The notes beneath the pieces were generated by a model, which made no database searches, had not been told where the DNA came from, and was given only the letters and a program-made list of their open reading frames with translations. A DNA stretch of 64,000 bases from an uncultured virus (IMG/VR IMGVR_UViG_3300021368_000006) (Duplodnaviria; Heunggongvirae; Uroviricota; Caudoviricetes), in IMG/VR virus record IMGVR_UViG_3300021368_000006, positions 1 through 64,000 of that record, one strand, 5' to 3'. Below, piece after piece: positions 1 through 8,895 of the stretch. Within the stretch, counting starts at the first letter, position 1. Every line of letters starts with the position of its first letter. Made by a program: the position numbers and the translations under genes.

Positions 1-189
1 AGAAAGATTCTGAGATTGATTGGGATCGTGCCCCTAGTAAACTCAATTCAGTTTCTGATGGAAGTTTGCCGTTTGGATATCCTGCATTTCATGAAGATGA
101 ACAAATAAAGTATGAGTAATCATGGAATTTATTTTTTTAATATTCGCACTCTTTATTGTTGCCTTCTGGTGGATTCTTAAAGGAGAAGA

Positions 190-435
190 TTGATGAAGTG
201 GTTAATTTTATTTGTCATGATGAATACAGAACCATTTGTAGTAAAGAGTCTGCAATTCGATACACAGAACGAATGCAAGAGTTTCATTAATAACCCTGCA
301 AATAGTGATCGTCTTGCAATAGAGGTGATTTCGATTGCTGGATTTAATGATGAAATTGTCAATGTTGCATGTCTGCCTGCAAATAGAATTACGAAAGAGT
401 TATTGAATGAAGTTAAGACAAGTTACACTCGTTGA
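190..435 (+). CDS. Hypothetical protein with hydrophobic N-terminus and F-x4-EC motif
   Basis: ORF with AGGAG upstream; layout resembles 11629..11817. Confidence 0.6.
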   Translation: MMKWLILFVMMNTEPFVVKSLQFDTQNECKSFINNPANSDRLAIEVISIAGFNDEIVNVACLPANRITKELLNEVKTSYTR

Positions 436-538
436 ATTGAGAAAGATTCTTACAGAGAATAATCTAGAATTCTTTATTAAGAAAGAAAAAGATAATATTG
501 TAAAAGTTAATTTTATCGTTAAGGAAGAGACTGAGTGA
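407..538 (+). CDS. Small hypothetical protein (43 aa)
   Basis: Read by eye: MKLRQVTLVELRK...; overlaps both neighbours as in tightly packed phage operons. Confidence 0.45.
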   Translation: MKLRQVTLVELRKILTENNLEFFIKKEKDNIVKVNFIVKEETE

Positions 539-708
539 AATTTCTAAAAGAGATTACAGAGTGGGAATATCCTAATCATATCTATGCTTTTGAGAATGGA
601 CAATGTGTAGGATATATTAAACAAGGTACAAAAGAATTACTGAGATTTAATAAACCCTCTAAGCAGTTCAGTAAGTCACGAAGAAAGTTCGTAGAAGTTA
701 CAATTTAA
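535..708 (+). CDS. Small hypothetical phage protein (57 aa)
   Basis: Read by eye: (V/M)KFLKEITEWEYPNHIY...FSKSRRKF; GTG start overlaps the upstream TGA. Confidence 0.55.
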   Translation: MKFLKEITEWEYPNHIYAFENGQCVGYIKQGTKELLRFNKPSKQFSKSRRKFVEVTI

Positions 709-768
709 CACAACTAAAATAAGAGTAATTTCGTAGTATACTCTATAGATAAACTAAGGAGAAATGCT

Positions 769-972
769 ATGAAAAAATTAATATTCTTTTTGCCATTCTT
801 GGTATCATGTACAGGTATAACAGAAACAAATTCTAATAGAGAATTACCAGAGTTTGACTGGATGCCAAATTCATTACAATGGGAACATAATATAAGAAAT
901 TGTAGGAGTCAGCCTCAGTGCAATCCTGCAGATTTATTTAATCGAACAGGGTATGTAAATACAATAGGATAA
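769..972 (+). CDS. Putative small lipoprotein
   Basis: MKK + hydrophobic stretch + LVSC lipobox-like motif; AGGAG RBS. Confidence 0.55.
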   Translation: MKKLIFFLPFLVSCTGITETNSNRELPEFDWMPNSLQWEHNIRNCRSQPQCNPADLFNRTGYVNTIG

Positions 973-1069
973 GGAGATGTATCGAATCATTACAAAGACA
1001 GAATTACTGAGTATTCTGATAGTCGTTTTTAGTCTTTCATGGACATATATGCAATTAACCTGAAAGAGT

Positions 1070-1077
1070 TATAAATA
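1070..1077 (+). promoter_or_regulatory. T4-type late promoter box TATAAATA
   Basis: Exact T4 late consensus, intergenic. Confidence 0.45.
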
Positions 1078-1454
1078 GGACTCAGAGGGGAAAAACCATG
1101 GAAAAATTGTCAACGTTTTTAGGATACTGCAGTAGAGAAGAATGCTTTGCGTATGGAGTATTGATAGGACTACTTACACACTGTGTTATAATGAACTGCA
1201 TACCAAGAATTCTTGGAATATAATAAGAAATTTATCCAAATCATCCCACGTTTTCCCACAAAGACCCACAAAAAACCATTGAATCTGTTGCAGAAACCAT
1301 AGAAATACGAGGGCTACAAGTTTTTACCCCCTTGGTCTAAATCTGCGGAGCAAATTTCTGCTCGCCGCTGAGGGGTTCGAAACAAATCATAGATAATATC
1401 GATGATATCTCAGAGAATTATCGAAAAAATCCATGAAAAAACCTTCGAAAATGC

Positions 1455-1483
1455 TTGACAGGGTCTCTAGGCCATGCGAAAAT
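1455..1483 (+). promoter_or_regulatory. sigma70-type early promoter
   Basis: TTGACA-N17-GAAAAT upstream of 1515 ORF. Confidence 0.55.
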
Positions 1484-1514
1484 ATGCATATTGTTTGGTT
1501 AGAGATATTACTGT

Positions 1515-1901
1515 ATGGCTACGATTGCACTGGGACGTATTAAAGACTCTGCAAAAGTATATCAATATGTAAAAGATCTAGAAAAAGATCTAGGTATTAA
1601 TCGATATTATTCCCGCCTTATTCAAATCCGTTTTCGAAAAGATTTAGATGATTGTCTTGGACTCTGTTGGGGTACTGAGAAACTTGTCTATATCGATATC
1701 TTAAAGACATCTGATATGAACCAGATGATGACTACACTTGCTCATGAAATGGTTCACGCAAAACAAATAATCAAGAAAGAATTGGTTGACGGATATATGT
1801 ATAAAGGCCGTAATTATTATGACTGTAATTACGAGACACAGCCTTGGGAGATATCTGCTTATGCTCAGGAAGAAAAATTATTTAAAAAAAATTGGAAATA
1901 A
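1515..1901 (+). CDS. Zincin-like HEXXH metallopeptidase-fold protein
   Basis: TLAHEMVHAKQ and downstream PWE.SAY motifs. Confidence 0.7.
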   Translation: MATIALGRIKDSAKVYQYVKDLEKDLGINRYYSRLIQIRFRKDLDDCLGLCWGTEKLVYIDILKTSDMNQMMTTLAHEMVHAKQIIKKELVDGYMYKGRNYYDCNYETQPWEISAYAQEEKLFKKNWK

Positions 1902-1914
1902 TTTAAAAAAGTGC

Positions 1915-1943
1915 TTGACTTCTTCTTGACAAACTGTTATATT
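1915..1943 (+). promoter_or_regulatory. sigma70-type early promoter
   Basis: TTGACT-N17-TATATT. Confidence 0.65.
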
Positions 1944-1995
1944 AACTATGCTGATGATGATTCAGATAAATTTAAATATTCTATGGAGATTGTGA

Positions 1996-2244
1996 ATGAC
2001 TCATGAAGTTTGGATAGATGCAGAAGCTATGAAAGGTGTTCCTGATGCTTTCTCAGATGTTCTCTCAGAGAAGATTGAAGAAATCTTAGGGCCACTGAAT
2101 AAGAGATCATGTCCTTGTGATACTTGTCCTTTAGCTGCTTCATGTATGGTAAATGAAACTGAATGTTCAGCCTTTCGTAACTGGGCTAGTAAGGGAGACT
2201 TCTTAGACGGCCAAGTAGGTAAACATGTTCGTGCTATGAGTTAG
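1996..2244 (+). CDS. Cys-rich hypothetical protein (possible Zn/Fe-S binder)
   Basis: CPCDTC-x5-C-x6-C cluster; GGAG RBS. Confidence 0.6.
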   Translation: MTHEVWIDAEAMKGVPDAFSDVLSEKIEEILGPLNKRSCPCDTCPLAASCMVNETECSAFRNWASKGDFLDGQVGKHVRAMS

Positions 2245-2255
2245 GAGAGTTAGAT

Positions 2256-2495
2256 ATGAATACTGTTTTTGATATGCAAAGACAATCCATTCTAAATGAA
2301 GCCTTTGATGTTTTGACAGAAGGTATGGAGAATTGGAAAGATCCTATTGAGAATGTTAGAATATTCTCAAAGGATTTCGACATCATGAATGAAGCCTGTA
2401 TTCATTTTACAGGTAGTGAATTAAGAGTAATGAGTAGTGAAGATGAGTATGTGACTGTGAGTGCTGATGGCTATTATTTGACCATCGGTGCATGA
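2256..2495 (+). CDS. Hypothetical phage protein
   Basis: ORF with AGGAG RBS. Confidence 0.65.
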   Translation: MNTVFDMQRQSILNEAFDVLTEGMENWKDPIENVRIFSKDFDIMNEACIHFTGSELRVMSSEDEYVTVSADGYYLTIGA

Positions 2496-2556
2496 TATTT
2501 TACCTAAGTAGTATTAGGAACTGACTGAAATATCTCCTTAGATAATGGTAACTTGC

Positions 2557-2596
2557 CCTTAGGGAGTCTGCAAGGATTCTCTAAGGGTTTTTTTAT
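2557..2596 (+). terminator. Rho-independent terminator
   Basis: cccttagggagtc/gattctctaaggg stem followed by T-run. Confidence 0.75.
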
Positions 2597-2788
2597 TTGT
2601 CATCTTCGAAAATACTTAGAGTGTAACTTTAAATTTATGGGACTCCTAAAAAATATTGCGGAGATGATATAGTCACCCGACACGCCTCTAAAAAGTCTGC
2701 AAGTTTTCTAAAAGGTGTTTTTAAAAAATTTTTTTTGGGGGGTAAAATCTCTAAATACCTTTAAGAGAGAAAAAGAAGGAATAACACA

Positions 2789-3355
2789 ATGCGAGAAAGT
2801 CTTGCAAGAAGTATGACAAAGTTTTTTAGGTTTTTTGCAGATACATTCTTTGCAAAGCGTTATGGACATCGTGCAGTAGTCTTAGAGACAATTGCAGGAG
2901 TCCCAGGCATGGTTGCAGGAATGTGGATTCATCTCAAGTCTCTAAGACAAGCAAAGACAGGTTACGGCCCTATGATTAGAGAACTTCTCGCAGAAGCAGA
3001 AAATGAACGTATGCATTTAATGTTCTTTATAGAGATTGCAAAACCTAATTGGTTAGAAAGACAGATTATTCTAATTGCACAGATACTCTTTTGGAATTTC
3101 TATTTCTTATTATACGTTCTCAGTCCAAAGACAGCACATCTTATGATACATTACTTCGAAGATGAAGCCGTCAAATCCTACACAGAATACCTAGCAATGA
3201 TAGAGAATAAACAAATAGAAAATGTTCCAGCACCACAATTAGCAATCGATTACTATGGTTTAAATCAGAATGCACGTTTATCGGATATGATAAAGTGTGT
3301 AAGAGAAGATGAAAGAAAACATTCAGAAGTGAATAAGAAGTTCTCTAATGTCTGA
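2789..3355 (+). CDS. aox: Alternative oxidase (di-iron ubiquinol oxidase)
   Basis: LETIAGVPGMV, EAENERMHL, FEDEAVKSY and REDERKH di-iron motifs; FFADTFFAKRYGHRAVVLET is typical of bacterial AOX. Confidence 0.93.
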   Translation: MRESLARSMTKFFRFFADTFFAKRYGHRAVVLETIAGVPGMVAGMWIHLKSLRQAKTGYGPMIRELLAEAENERMHLMFFIEIAKPNWLERQIILIAQILFWNFYFLLYVLSPKTAHLMIHYFEDEAVKSYTEYLAMIENKQIENVPAPQLAIDYYGLNQNARLSDMIKCVREDERKHSEVNKKFSNV

Positions 3356-3650
3356 TATCCTAGTATTTCTAATTGTTTTTCTTCCTATCTGTTGGTGGGT
3401 TTGGTGGATGAATAAGGATACACCGAAAACAAAACTGGACTTTGGCCCAGAACGTCCGAAGTCTTTACGTTCCTTTGATGGATTTCTATACATTCTATGG
3501 AACTGGAAGTCTTATCTAGCAAAGACAGTCTGGATCGGCGCAATGCCATTTATTTGGTACTATGATGGATTCGGCGCCTTTACGACTTGGTTATTCTTTG
3601 GAGGCATTTTAATACTTCTTGGAAGATTTTGGGAGTTGTTTAAGAGATGA
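3348..3650 (+). CDS. Membrane protein, hypothetical
   Basis: Several Trp-rich hydrophobic segments; overlaps aox stop. Confidence 0.6.
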   Translation: MSDILVFLIVFLPICWWVWWMNKDTPKTKLDFGPERPKSLRSFDGFLYILWNWKSYLAKTVWIGAMPFIWYYDGFGAFTTWLFFGGILILLGRFWELFKR

Positions 3651-4243
3651 GAATTGTTTACATTCACGGTGCAACCGCAACTGAAAGAACCTTTGCGTTT
3701 ATTCAAAAAAATATCAATGCAAAGAATCCAATATACCTTAACTATAATTCCAAAGATGCAACTGCGAAAGAGAACCTAGACTTTCTAAAGGAAACGTTGA
3801 GAGAACAAATGCGTCCTAATGACAAGTTATTTTATATTATGCATTCTCTAGGAGGCATCTACGGAATCTACTTGCAGGAAGAATTTGCATACAACTCTTC
3901 GTTTGCGGTTTCACTTGCAACTCCTTTCAATGGTTCTGAAGTAGCACAATGGGGAAGATGGGTTGCACCTCAATATCAATTGTTTGCAGATATCGTTCCT
4001 ACCAGTCGATTTATCACAGAGTCACGAAAGATTAGAATTGCAATTCCTTGGAAACAGGTGATTACAACAACTGGAGATATTCCTTTAATAGCAGGAAAGA
4101 ATGATGGCGTAGTCACAATGGAATCTATGATGAGTCGAGAGGATGTTGATTACTATGCAATTGACCGTAATCACTACGAGATTGTTCAATCAAAAAGAAC
4201 TGTCAGTTTGATTTCAGACTGTTTAAAGGGAATTCGGAAGTGA
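3647..4243 (+). CDS. Alpha/beta-hydrolase (esterase/lipase-like)
   Basis: YIHG oxyanion motif, MHSLGG nucleophile elbow, LATPFNGS, NDGVV, NH catalytic His. Confidence 0.85.
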   Translation: MRIVYIHGATATERTFAFIQKNINAKNPIYLNYNSKDATAKENLDFLKETLREQMRPNDKLFYIMHSLGGIYGIYLQEEFAYNSSFAVSLATPFNGSEVAQWGRWVAPQYQLFADIVPTSRFITESRKIRIAIPWKQVITTTGDIPLIAGKNDGVVTMESMMSREDVDYYAIDRNHYEIVQSKRTVSLISDCLKGIRK

Positions 4244-4414
4244 CGGTGGGAGTTTTCTCTCGTAGTTCAAAATCTTTTCTTTGAGTTCTTTCTCTTGTTT
4301 CTTTGCAAGATAGAGTGCCATCTCCAGTGAATTGATTTTATCGTGTGCAATATTGAGAGATTCTTCTAAGACTCGCATTCTTTCCATGGTTCTATTGGGG
4401 TTTCCTTCCGACAT
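4223..4414 (-). CDS. Small coiled-coil protein
   Basis: Heptad-like sequence; GGAG upstream on - strand. Confidence 0.45.
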   Translation of the reverse strand: MSEGNPNRTMERMRVLEESLNIAHDKINSLEMALYLAKKQEKELKEKILNYERKLPPSLPNSL

Positions 4415-4420
4415 TTTCTA

Positions 4421-4462
4421 TTGACTCCTGTAAGACTTTCTGATATAGTATATGTATAAATA
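4421..4462 (+). promoter_or_regulatory. sigma70-type promoter followed by late TATAAATA box
   Basis: TTGACT-N17-TATAGT; TATAAATA at 4455-4462. Confidence 0.55.
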
Positions 4463-4523
4463 GAAATGAGTCGAAAAATCGGTCAGGTCAAAGTCTTTAA
4501 TATAATATGAAAGGAACTGTGAA

Positions 4524-4775
4524 ATGGGATGGTGGAATAAACTAGCTCAAACTCAATTGAGTGAATGTGACTATGATAAACGTCATGGAGGCCCTTACGA
4601 TAGAGGAAGTGCGGATAGTTATTATAGACGAGCTTACAGTCCTCACTATTATAAAGGTGCGTCATACAATTCTGACCGTGTTGAAATGCAGGATATGACT
4701 GCTCAAGAAATTGTAGAGTACACTAAAGGTTATAATGACAACGAAGAACGTGGTGACTTCAAGGATTGGGGTTAA
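4524..4775 (+). CDS. Hypothetical phage protein
   Basis: RHGGPYDRGSADSYY motif; AAGGA RBS. Confidence 0.7.
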   Translation: MGWWNKLAQTQLSECDYDKRHGGPYDRGSADSYYRRAYSPHYYKGASYNSDRVEMQDMTAQEIVEYTKGYNDNEERGDFKDWG

Positions 4776-4783
4776 AAAAGTAC

Positions 4784-4812
4784 TTGACAAGTTTCGTTCT
4801 TTCTGTCATAAT
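4784..4812 (+). promoter_or_regulatory. sigma70-type early promoter
   Basis: TTGACA-N17-CATAAT. Confidence 0.7.
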
Positions 4813-4842
4813 GTTATAGTGAAATAACGAAAGGATTAGATT

Positions 4843-5007
4843 ATGATTCGTTTTATGATTGGAATGTTGTTGGTTTTTGGTTCTGTTGGTGGACTTGAAC
4901 AGGATACTGCTACCTTTACGGAAGCAATTCTTGGTTCACTGCTTGGATTGACTCTTATGTTATGGGCAATTCCCAAACTTAATGCTCTTGCGGATGAAGA
5001 ATACTAG
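4843..5007 (+). CDS. Small two-TM membrane protein (54 aa)
   Basis: Read by eye: MIRFMIGMLLVFGSVGG...; AAGGA RBS directly after promoter. Confidence 0.6.
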   Translation: MIRFMIGMLLVFGSVGGLEQDTATFTEAILGSLLGLTLMLWAIPKLNALADEEY

Positions 5008-5037
5008 ATTATATCGAAATCTTAAAGGAGACAAAAA

Positions 5038-5241
5038 ATGTCAATAGAAGCTTGGTTGTTAATTACTGCAGTCATTTTCACTGTGTTTGGTTTCATATGG
5101 GGCCGAGGAAACAAAAAAGAAAGTGATGTTGCAGCAATCGAAAACACTTTAGATCAACTCATCGATAATGGATACTTGCGTTTTCGTAAGGACAATGATG
5201 ATAACATTGAACTCTTAAAGTGGAATCATATCGGTGATTAG
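5038..5241 (+). CDS. Membrane-anchored hypothetical protein
   Basis: N-terminal TM; AAGGAG RBS. Confidence 0.65.
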   Translation: MSIEAWLLITAVIFTVFGFIWGRGNKKESDVAAIENTLDQLIDNGYLRFRKDNDDNIELLKWNHIGD

Positions 5242-5260
5242 TTTTTGAAAGGAACTAAAT

Positions 5261-5458
5261 ATGGATATACTATATGGAGTCCAAATCGAAATCGATGAGG
5301 GCGAATATGAATATGTTAGGAAACAAAAAGGAAATAGTTGGACGACAGCTGATTCCGTCTTAACGTTTGACAATAAAGAAGATGCTCTGATTGAAGCTAA
5401 AAAGTGGAACACTGGAGTTGTAGTAAATTTATCGAAACTTTCATCATGGAAAAGTTAG
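5261..5458 (+). CDS. Hypothetical protein
   Basis: ORF with AAGGA RBS. Confidence 0.6.
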   Translation: MDILYGVQIEIDEGEYEYVRKQKGNSWTTADSVLTFDNKEDALIEAKKWNTGVVVNLSKLSSWKS

Positions 5459-5649
5459 AAGAAAATTTATTTCATAATAAAAGAACTATTGTGAAATACA
5501 GAGAAGCATTCCAACAAGGCGCATTAGCATGCCGTGAAGGACTTGGATTTGAACATTGTCCTTGGACGGATGATGATTTTCGAAAACAGGCATGGAGAGA
5601 TGGTTGGGAAACTGCAATGACTTGGGTTCTAGAGAAGGCATATTCTTAA
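5446..5649 (+). CDS. Rmf/CrpP-fold (ribosome modulation factor-like) protein
   Basis: AFQQGALACREG-x5-CPW-x8-AWRDGW matches the Rmf pattern A-x2-G-x2-A-x3-G..CPY..W-x2-GW; likely start ATG 5446. Confidence 0.6.
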   Translation: MEKLEENLFHNKRTIVKYREAFQQGALACREGLGFEHCPWTDDDFRKQAWRDGWETAMTWVLEKAYS

Positions 5650-5666
5650 AAAATAAAAAATAAAAA

Positions 5667-5879
5667 ATGGAGAATAATATGCATGAAGTACAGTTAGAAT
5701 TGTTTAGTGACCCACCATTGCCCCTTAAACATAACGAACACAATGAACGTATAGAGTATCTTGAATATATTATAACACAAATTGGTTTGAAAGTTAGAAC
5801 ATATCAAGAAACTAGAATAGATTCAGTTTTAGAAGTAATTCCATCATACATAGATGATTACTTTAGTAAATATAATTAA
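5667..5879 (+). CDS. Hypothetical protein
   Basis: ORF in co-oriented early cluster. Confidence 0.5.
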   Translation: MENNMHEVQLELFSDPPLPLKHNEHNERIEYLEYIITQIGLKVRTYQETRIDSVLEVIPSYIDDYFSKYN

Positions 5880-5891
5880 AAAGGATATCAA

Positions 5892-6107
5892 ATGTATCTA
5901 GAATGGTGGATGATTATCACCATCGGGATATTCTTTGTAGTCGCACTTACAAGAACTTGGAAAAAGGCACACTTTGAAGGTTTTTGTATGGGAGCAACCG
6001 TCTTATTAAACTCAATGGAAAAAGTAATTCCAGAAGATTCAGTCGAGTTTCATAAAATAGTTAAAGAATTAACAAATAACCCCGATAAAAAATATAAAAA
6101 ATCTTAA
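5892..6107 (+). CDS. Membrane-anchored hypothetical protein
   Basis: N-terminal TM; AAGGA RBS. Confidence 0.6.
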   Translation: MYLEWWMIITIGIFFVVALTRTWKKAHFEGFCMGATVLLNSMEKVIPEDSVEFHKIVKELTNNPDKKYKKS

Positions 6108-6115
6108 AATAGAGC

Positions 6116-6144
6116 TTGACATTTGTATGTGGAGTACCTATATT
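6116..6144 (+). promoter_or_regulatory. sigma70-type early promoter
   Basis: TTGACA-N17-TATATT. Confidence 0.7.
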
Positions 6145-6173
6145 AATAGTATAGGGAACAGTTAGAGGTTGTT

Positions 6174-6626
6174 ATGGTAGATTTTGAAGAACTCTATGTC
6201 AAAGGTTCCACTAAAAATAAAAGAAAACTGGCGGAGTTAGTAGTAACTTTCGCTAAAAGTATTTTATTTCCTCGACACAGAAACGTTGTTGTCGAAGTCG
6301 AACTCATTCCAAACTTAAATGGTAAAGAAGGTATCTGGGGCGATTGTATTGACGATGATGATCGTTGGTATATTGTTCGTGTTGATTCCAAATTGCCTGC
6401 AAAAGACTTTGTTGAGACAATTTTACATGAGATGGTTCATGTAAAACAGTATGTTCGTAAAGAATTAATACAACACTCAATCAAACATCAGTTGTGGAAG
6501 GGTGGTCAAATACCCTCAGAAACTAAATATGAAGAACGTCCATGGGAAATTGAAGCGTTTTCATTAGAAAAACAACTATCAGAATCATTTATTAATATTC
6601 ATGGATGGAAATTCTTAGGAGTCTAA
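6174..6626 (+). CDS. Zincin-like HEXXH protein, paralog of 1515..1901
   Basis: TILHEMVHVKQ and RPWEIEAF motifs. Confidence 0.7.
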   Translation: MVDFEELYVKGSTKNKRKLAELVVTFAKSILFPRHRNVVVEVELIPNLNGKEGIWGDCIDDDDRWYIVRVDSKLPAKDFVETILHEMVHVKQYVRKELIQHSIKHQLWKGGQIPSETKYEERPWEIEAFSLEKQLSESFINIHGWKFLGV

Positions 6627-6630
6627 CCGA

Positions 6631-6840
6631 ATGTATTTGGCTGAACGTCAATGCCAGCAAGAAGAAGCGTTTGAAGAAATTGTAATTCAGACTGTACAGG
6701 AGTCTGAAAGTTTAGAACATGCAAAAAATGAGTGTATGAAATCTAAAGAACTTGTCGAACACTGGAGTCAAGAAGAAATTGATGACTTTATTGCAGACCT
6801 TTGGAGTGAACACTGGTCAAAATACTTGGCCGATTACTAA
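6631..6840 (+). CDS. Acidic hypothetical protein
   Basis: ORF with AGGAG RBS. Confidence 0.55.
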   Translation: MYLAERQCQQEEAFEEIVIQTVQESESLEHAKNECMKSKELVEHWSQEEIDDFIADLWSEHWSKYLADY

Positions 6841-6856
6841 AAATTGTAAAATATTC

Positions 6857-6885
6857 TTGACTTTATCGTAATTTTACTGTATTAT
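6857..6885 (+). promoter_or_regulatory. sigma70-type early promoter
   Basis: TTGACT-N17-TATTAT. Confidence 0.65.
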
Positions 6886-6916
6886 ATAAAATATAGTGAA
6901 CAGATGAGGTGAAAAA

Positions 6917-7255
6917 ATGTCGAAGATGGGTAATTATGTTGTTGGTTTGATGGAAGATGGACTTTGGGATGAGCCAGATTATCCAGAACCCGACATTGAA
7001 GCGTATTATGAAGAATATTATAAAGAAAAACTTAGTGCCTTCAAGTCTGCTCTAAAACAAGCTATGATGATTTACGATTGTAGTTGGATCCCCGCCCTCA
7101 GAACCATGTATCAAGTAGAAAAAAACGATGCGGAACCGTTTGATCTTCAATCGGATGCATATTGTTATAGAAAATTAGAGAATTATCTCTACGAATGGGA
7201 ATTGGGCAAGGAAAAAATTGACGAAATATGTAAAAAATTCTTCTTTAGGGCTTGA
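6917..7255 (+). CDS. Hypothetical protein
   Basis: ORF with GAGG RBS after promoter. Confidence 0.65.
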   Translation: MSKMGNYVVGLMEDGLWDEPDYPEPDIEAYYEEYYKEKLSAFKSALKQAMMIYDCSWIPALRTMYQVEKNDAEPFDLQSDAYCYRKLENYLYEWELGKEKIDEICKKFFFRA

Positions 7256-7280
7256 CAAACACCCCAAAAAGTATTATATT
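7252..7280 (+). promoter_or_regulatory. sigma70-type early promoter
   Basis: TTGACA-N17-TATATT. Confidence 0.7.
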
Positions 7281-7321
7281 ATATATGTAAGTTGATGAAA
7301 ACAGTGATGAGGATCTAAATT

Positions 7322-7744
7322 ATGGCATATGTTTCCCAAGAAATGAAAAAATCACTCGCCCCTGCGATCAAATCCGTTCTTAAGAAGTACGGTTATAAGG
7401 GTTCGATTGCAGTGGACAATCATAGTTCTCTTGTTGTGAACATTAAAGAAGGTGTTGCTGATTTTATTGGTATGGCAAATGCTAAAAACAAAGAGATCGC
7501 AGAACGCCGCAATGGCCGTTATTATCCAAGTGAAGGATATATTCAAGTCAATACCTACTATCCCGAACACTACGGTGAAGCGCAAGAGTTTCTAGAAGAA
7601 CTTATTGCTGCAATGAAAGGTACTGGTTGGTATAACAACACAGATGCCCAGATTGACTATTTTGATATTGCATACTACTTGGATATCAATGTGGGTAAGT
7701 GGGATAAACCTTATGTTTGCACGGCTCTAGAAGAGGCGGCATAA
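7322..7744 (+). CDS. Hypothetical phage early protein
   Basis: GAGG RBS; D-x3-DYFD..YY..INVGKWDKPY C-terminal motif of a kind common in phage early genes. Confidence 0.75.
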   Translation: MAYVSQEMKKSLAPAIKSVLKKYGYKGSIAVDNHSSLVVNIKEGVADFIGMANAKNKEIAERRNGRYYPSEGYIQVNTYYPEHYGEAQEFLEELIAAMKGTGWYNNTDAQIDYFDIAYYLDINVGKWDKPYVCTALEEAA

Positions 7745-7747
7745 TTC

Positions 7748-7996
7748 ATGGCAGTTCGTACAAAAAAATACAATGAAAAAATTCATATCGATTTGGATGG
7801 CCCCCAAGGGAATGCATTTGTTCTTTTTGGTATCGCAGAAAAACTTGCCTCTATATGTGGTGTAGATTCGGAGTCTATCATACAAGATATGAAATCTGGA
7901 GATTATCTCAATCTCCTTAAAGTATTTGAAGAGAATTTTGGACACATCGTAGTTTTGGAAACTAGTAATCAGGAGTACTTAGATGTTTTTTGTTGA
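7748..7996 (+). CDS. Hypothetical phage protein
   Basis: IDLDGPQGNAF...MKSGDY motif. Confidence 0.7.
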   Translation: MAVRTKKYNEKIHIDLDGPQGNAFVLFGIAEKLASICGVDSESIIQDMKSGDYLNLLKVFEENFGHIVVLETSNQEYLDVFC

Positions 7997-8182
7997 AGTG
8001 AAAGAAAGATTCGGTGAAGAAAAATTCCGTTGGGAAGCACTAACGGAAGAACAGGCATTAGATGTTGTTGCAAAACTTAAATCTGATGGTAAATATTGGT
8101 CATTTGAAATTGGAGAAATGTAGAATGTTACTTTACATTTTTGGTTTTTTCGACTAAGTATTATAGTTAAGGAGAATTATAA

Positions 8183-8389
8183 ATGTCGAAAATACAAGAA
8201 AAAATAAAAACCCTCATGGATACTGTACAAGAGAGTTTAGAGAGTCAGAGACATATTGAGTCACCAGAAGAGTTTATGATTGAACTGGATAAAGTTGGAC
8301 TTTACTTCAGTCACATGAACGATGAAGATCGTGATTACTATCAAGCGGCACAAATCGCTTTTGAAGAACAAAGGAAGTGGACTATTTAA
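8183..8389 (+). CDS. Hypothetical protein
   Basis: AAGGAG RBS. Confidence 0.65.
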   Translation: MSKIQEKIKTLMDTVQESLESQRHIESPEEFMIELDKVGLYFSHMNDEDRDYYQAAQIAFEEQRKWTI

Positions 8390-8390
8390 A

Positions 8391-8690
8391 ATGAAACTTG
8401 CAGATTTTAAAATGATTGAAAAGGACTATATGCCTGGCGGTTTCCATTCATTATTGTCTTTTGGTGAGCATCATCAACTGAGTGTTGTCAGTGGTGAAGG
8501 TGCATATGGTTCCAAGAATGCCCCTTATGAAATCGCAGTATTCATCAATGGAGAATTTGCAAATTTGCCTGGCATTGTTGAAGATGATGTTAAGGGATAC
8601 TTGACAGAAGATGAAGTTGATACGATCATAAAAAAACTTCATACCATTACAAAAGAAATTCCTGTTCAAGTCAATTTGATGGAGAGTTAA
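8391..8690 (+). CDS. Hypothetical phage protein
   Basis: LSVV.G..AYG...YEIAV...DDVKGYLT; likely start ATG 8391 just after upstream stop. Confidence 0.65.
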   Translation: MKLADFKMIEKDYMPGGFHSLLSFGEHHQLSVVSGEGAYGSKNAPYEIAVFINGEFANLPGIVEDDVKGYLTEDEVDTIIKKLHTITKEIPVQVNLMES

Positions 8691-8691
8691 A

Positions 8692-8895
8692 ATGTCACAA
8701 ATTTCTGAAGTAAAAAATAATATAGGTAGACTGTATTCTGTTGGACTTGATTATGATTCTGCAAAGAAACAGTTTTTTGAGTCTGCATATGAAAAGATTT
8801 CTAGAGAAAAGTTGGAAACAATTTTTGATGAAGAGTGGAATAGGTATGAACATATGTATTTCGCCAATTTAAATTTCTTCAAGAAAGGAACTTAG
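8692..8895 (+). CDS. Hypothetical protein
   Basis: Tightly packed ORF with GGAG RBS. Confidence 0.55.
   Translation: MSQISEVKNNIGRLYSVGLDYDSAKKQFFESAYEKISREKLETIFDEEWNRYEHMYFANLNFFKKGT

Noticed and set aside
2700..2760. A/T/G homopolymer tracts upstream of aox as an origin
   Set aside because: Low complexity only; no supporting repeat structure
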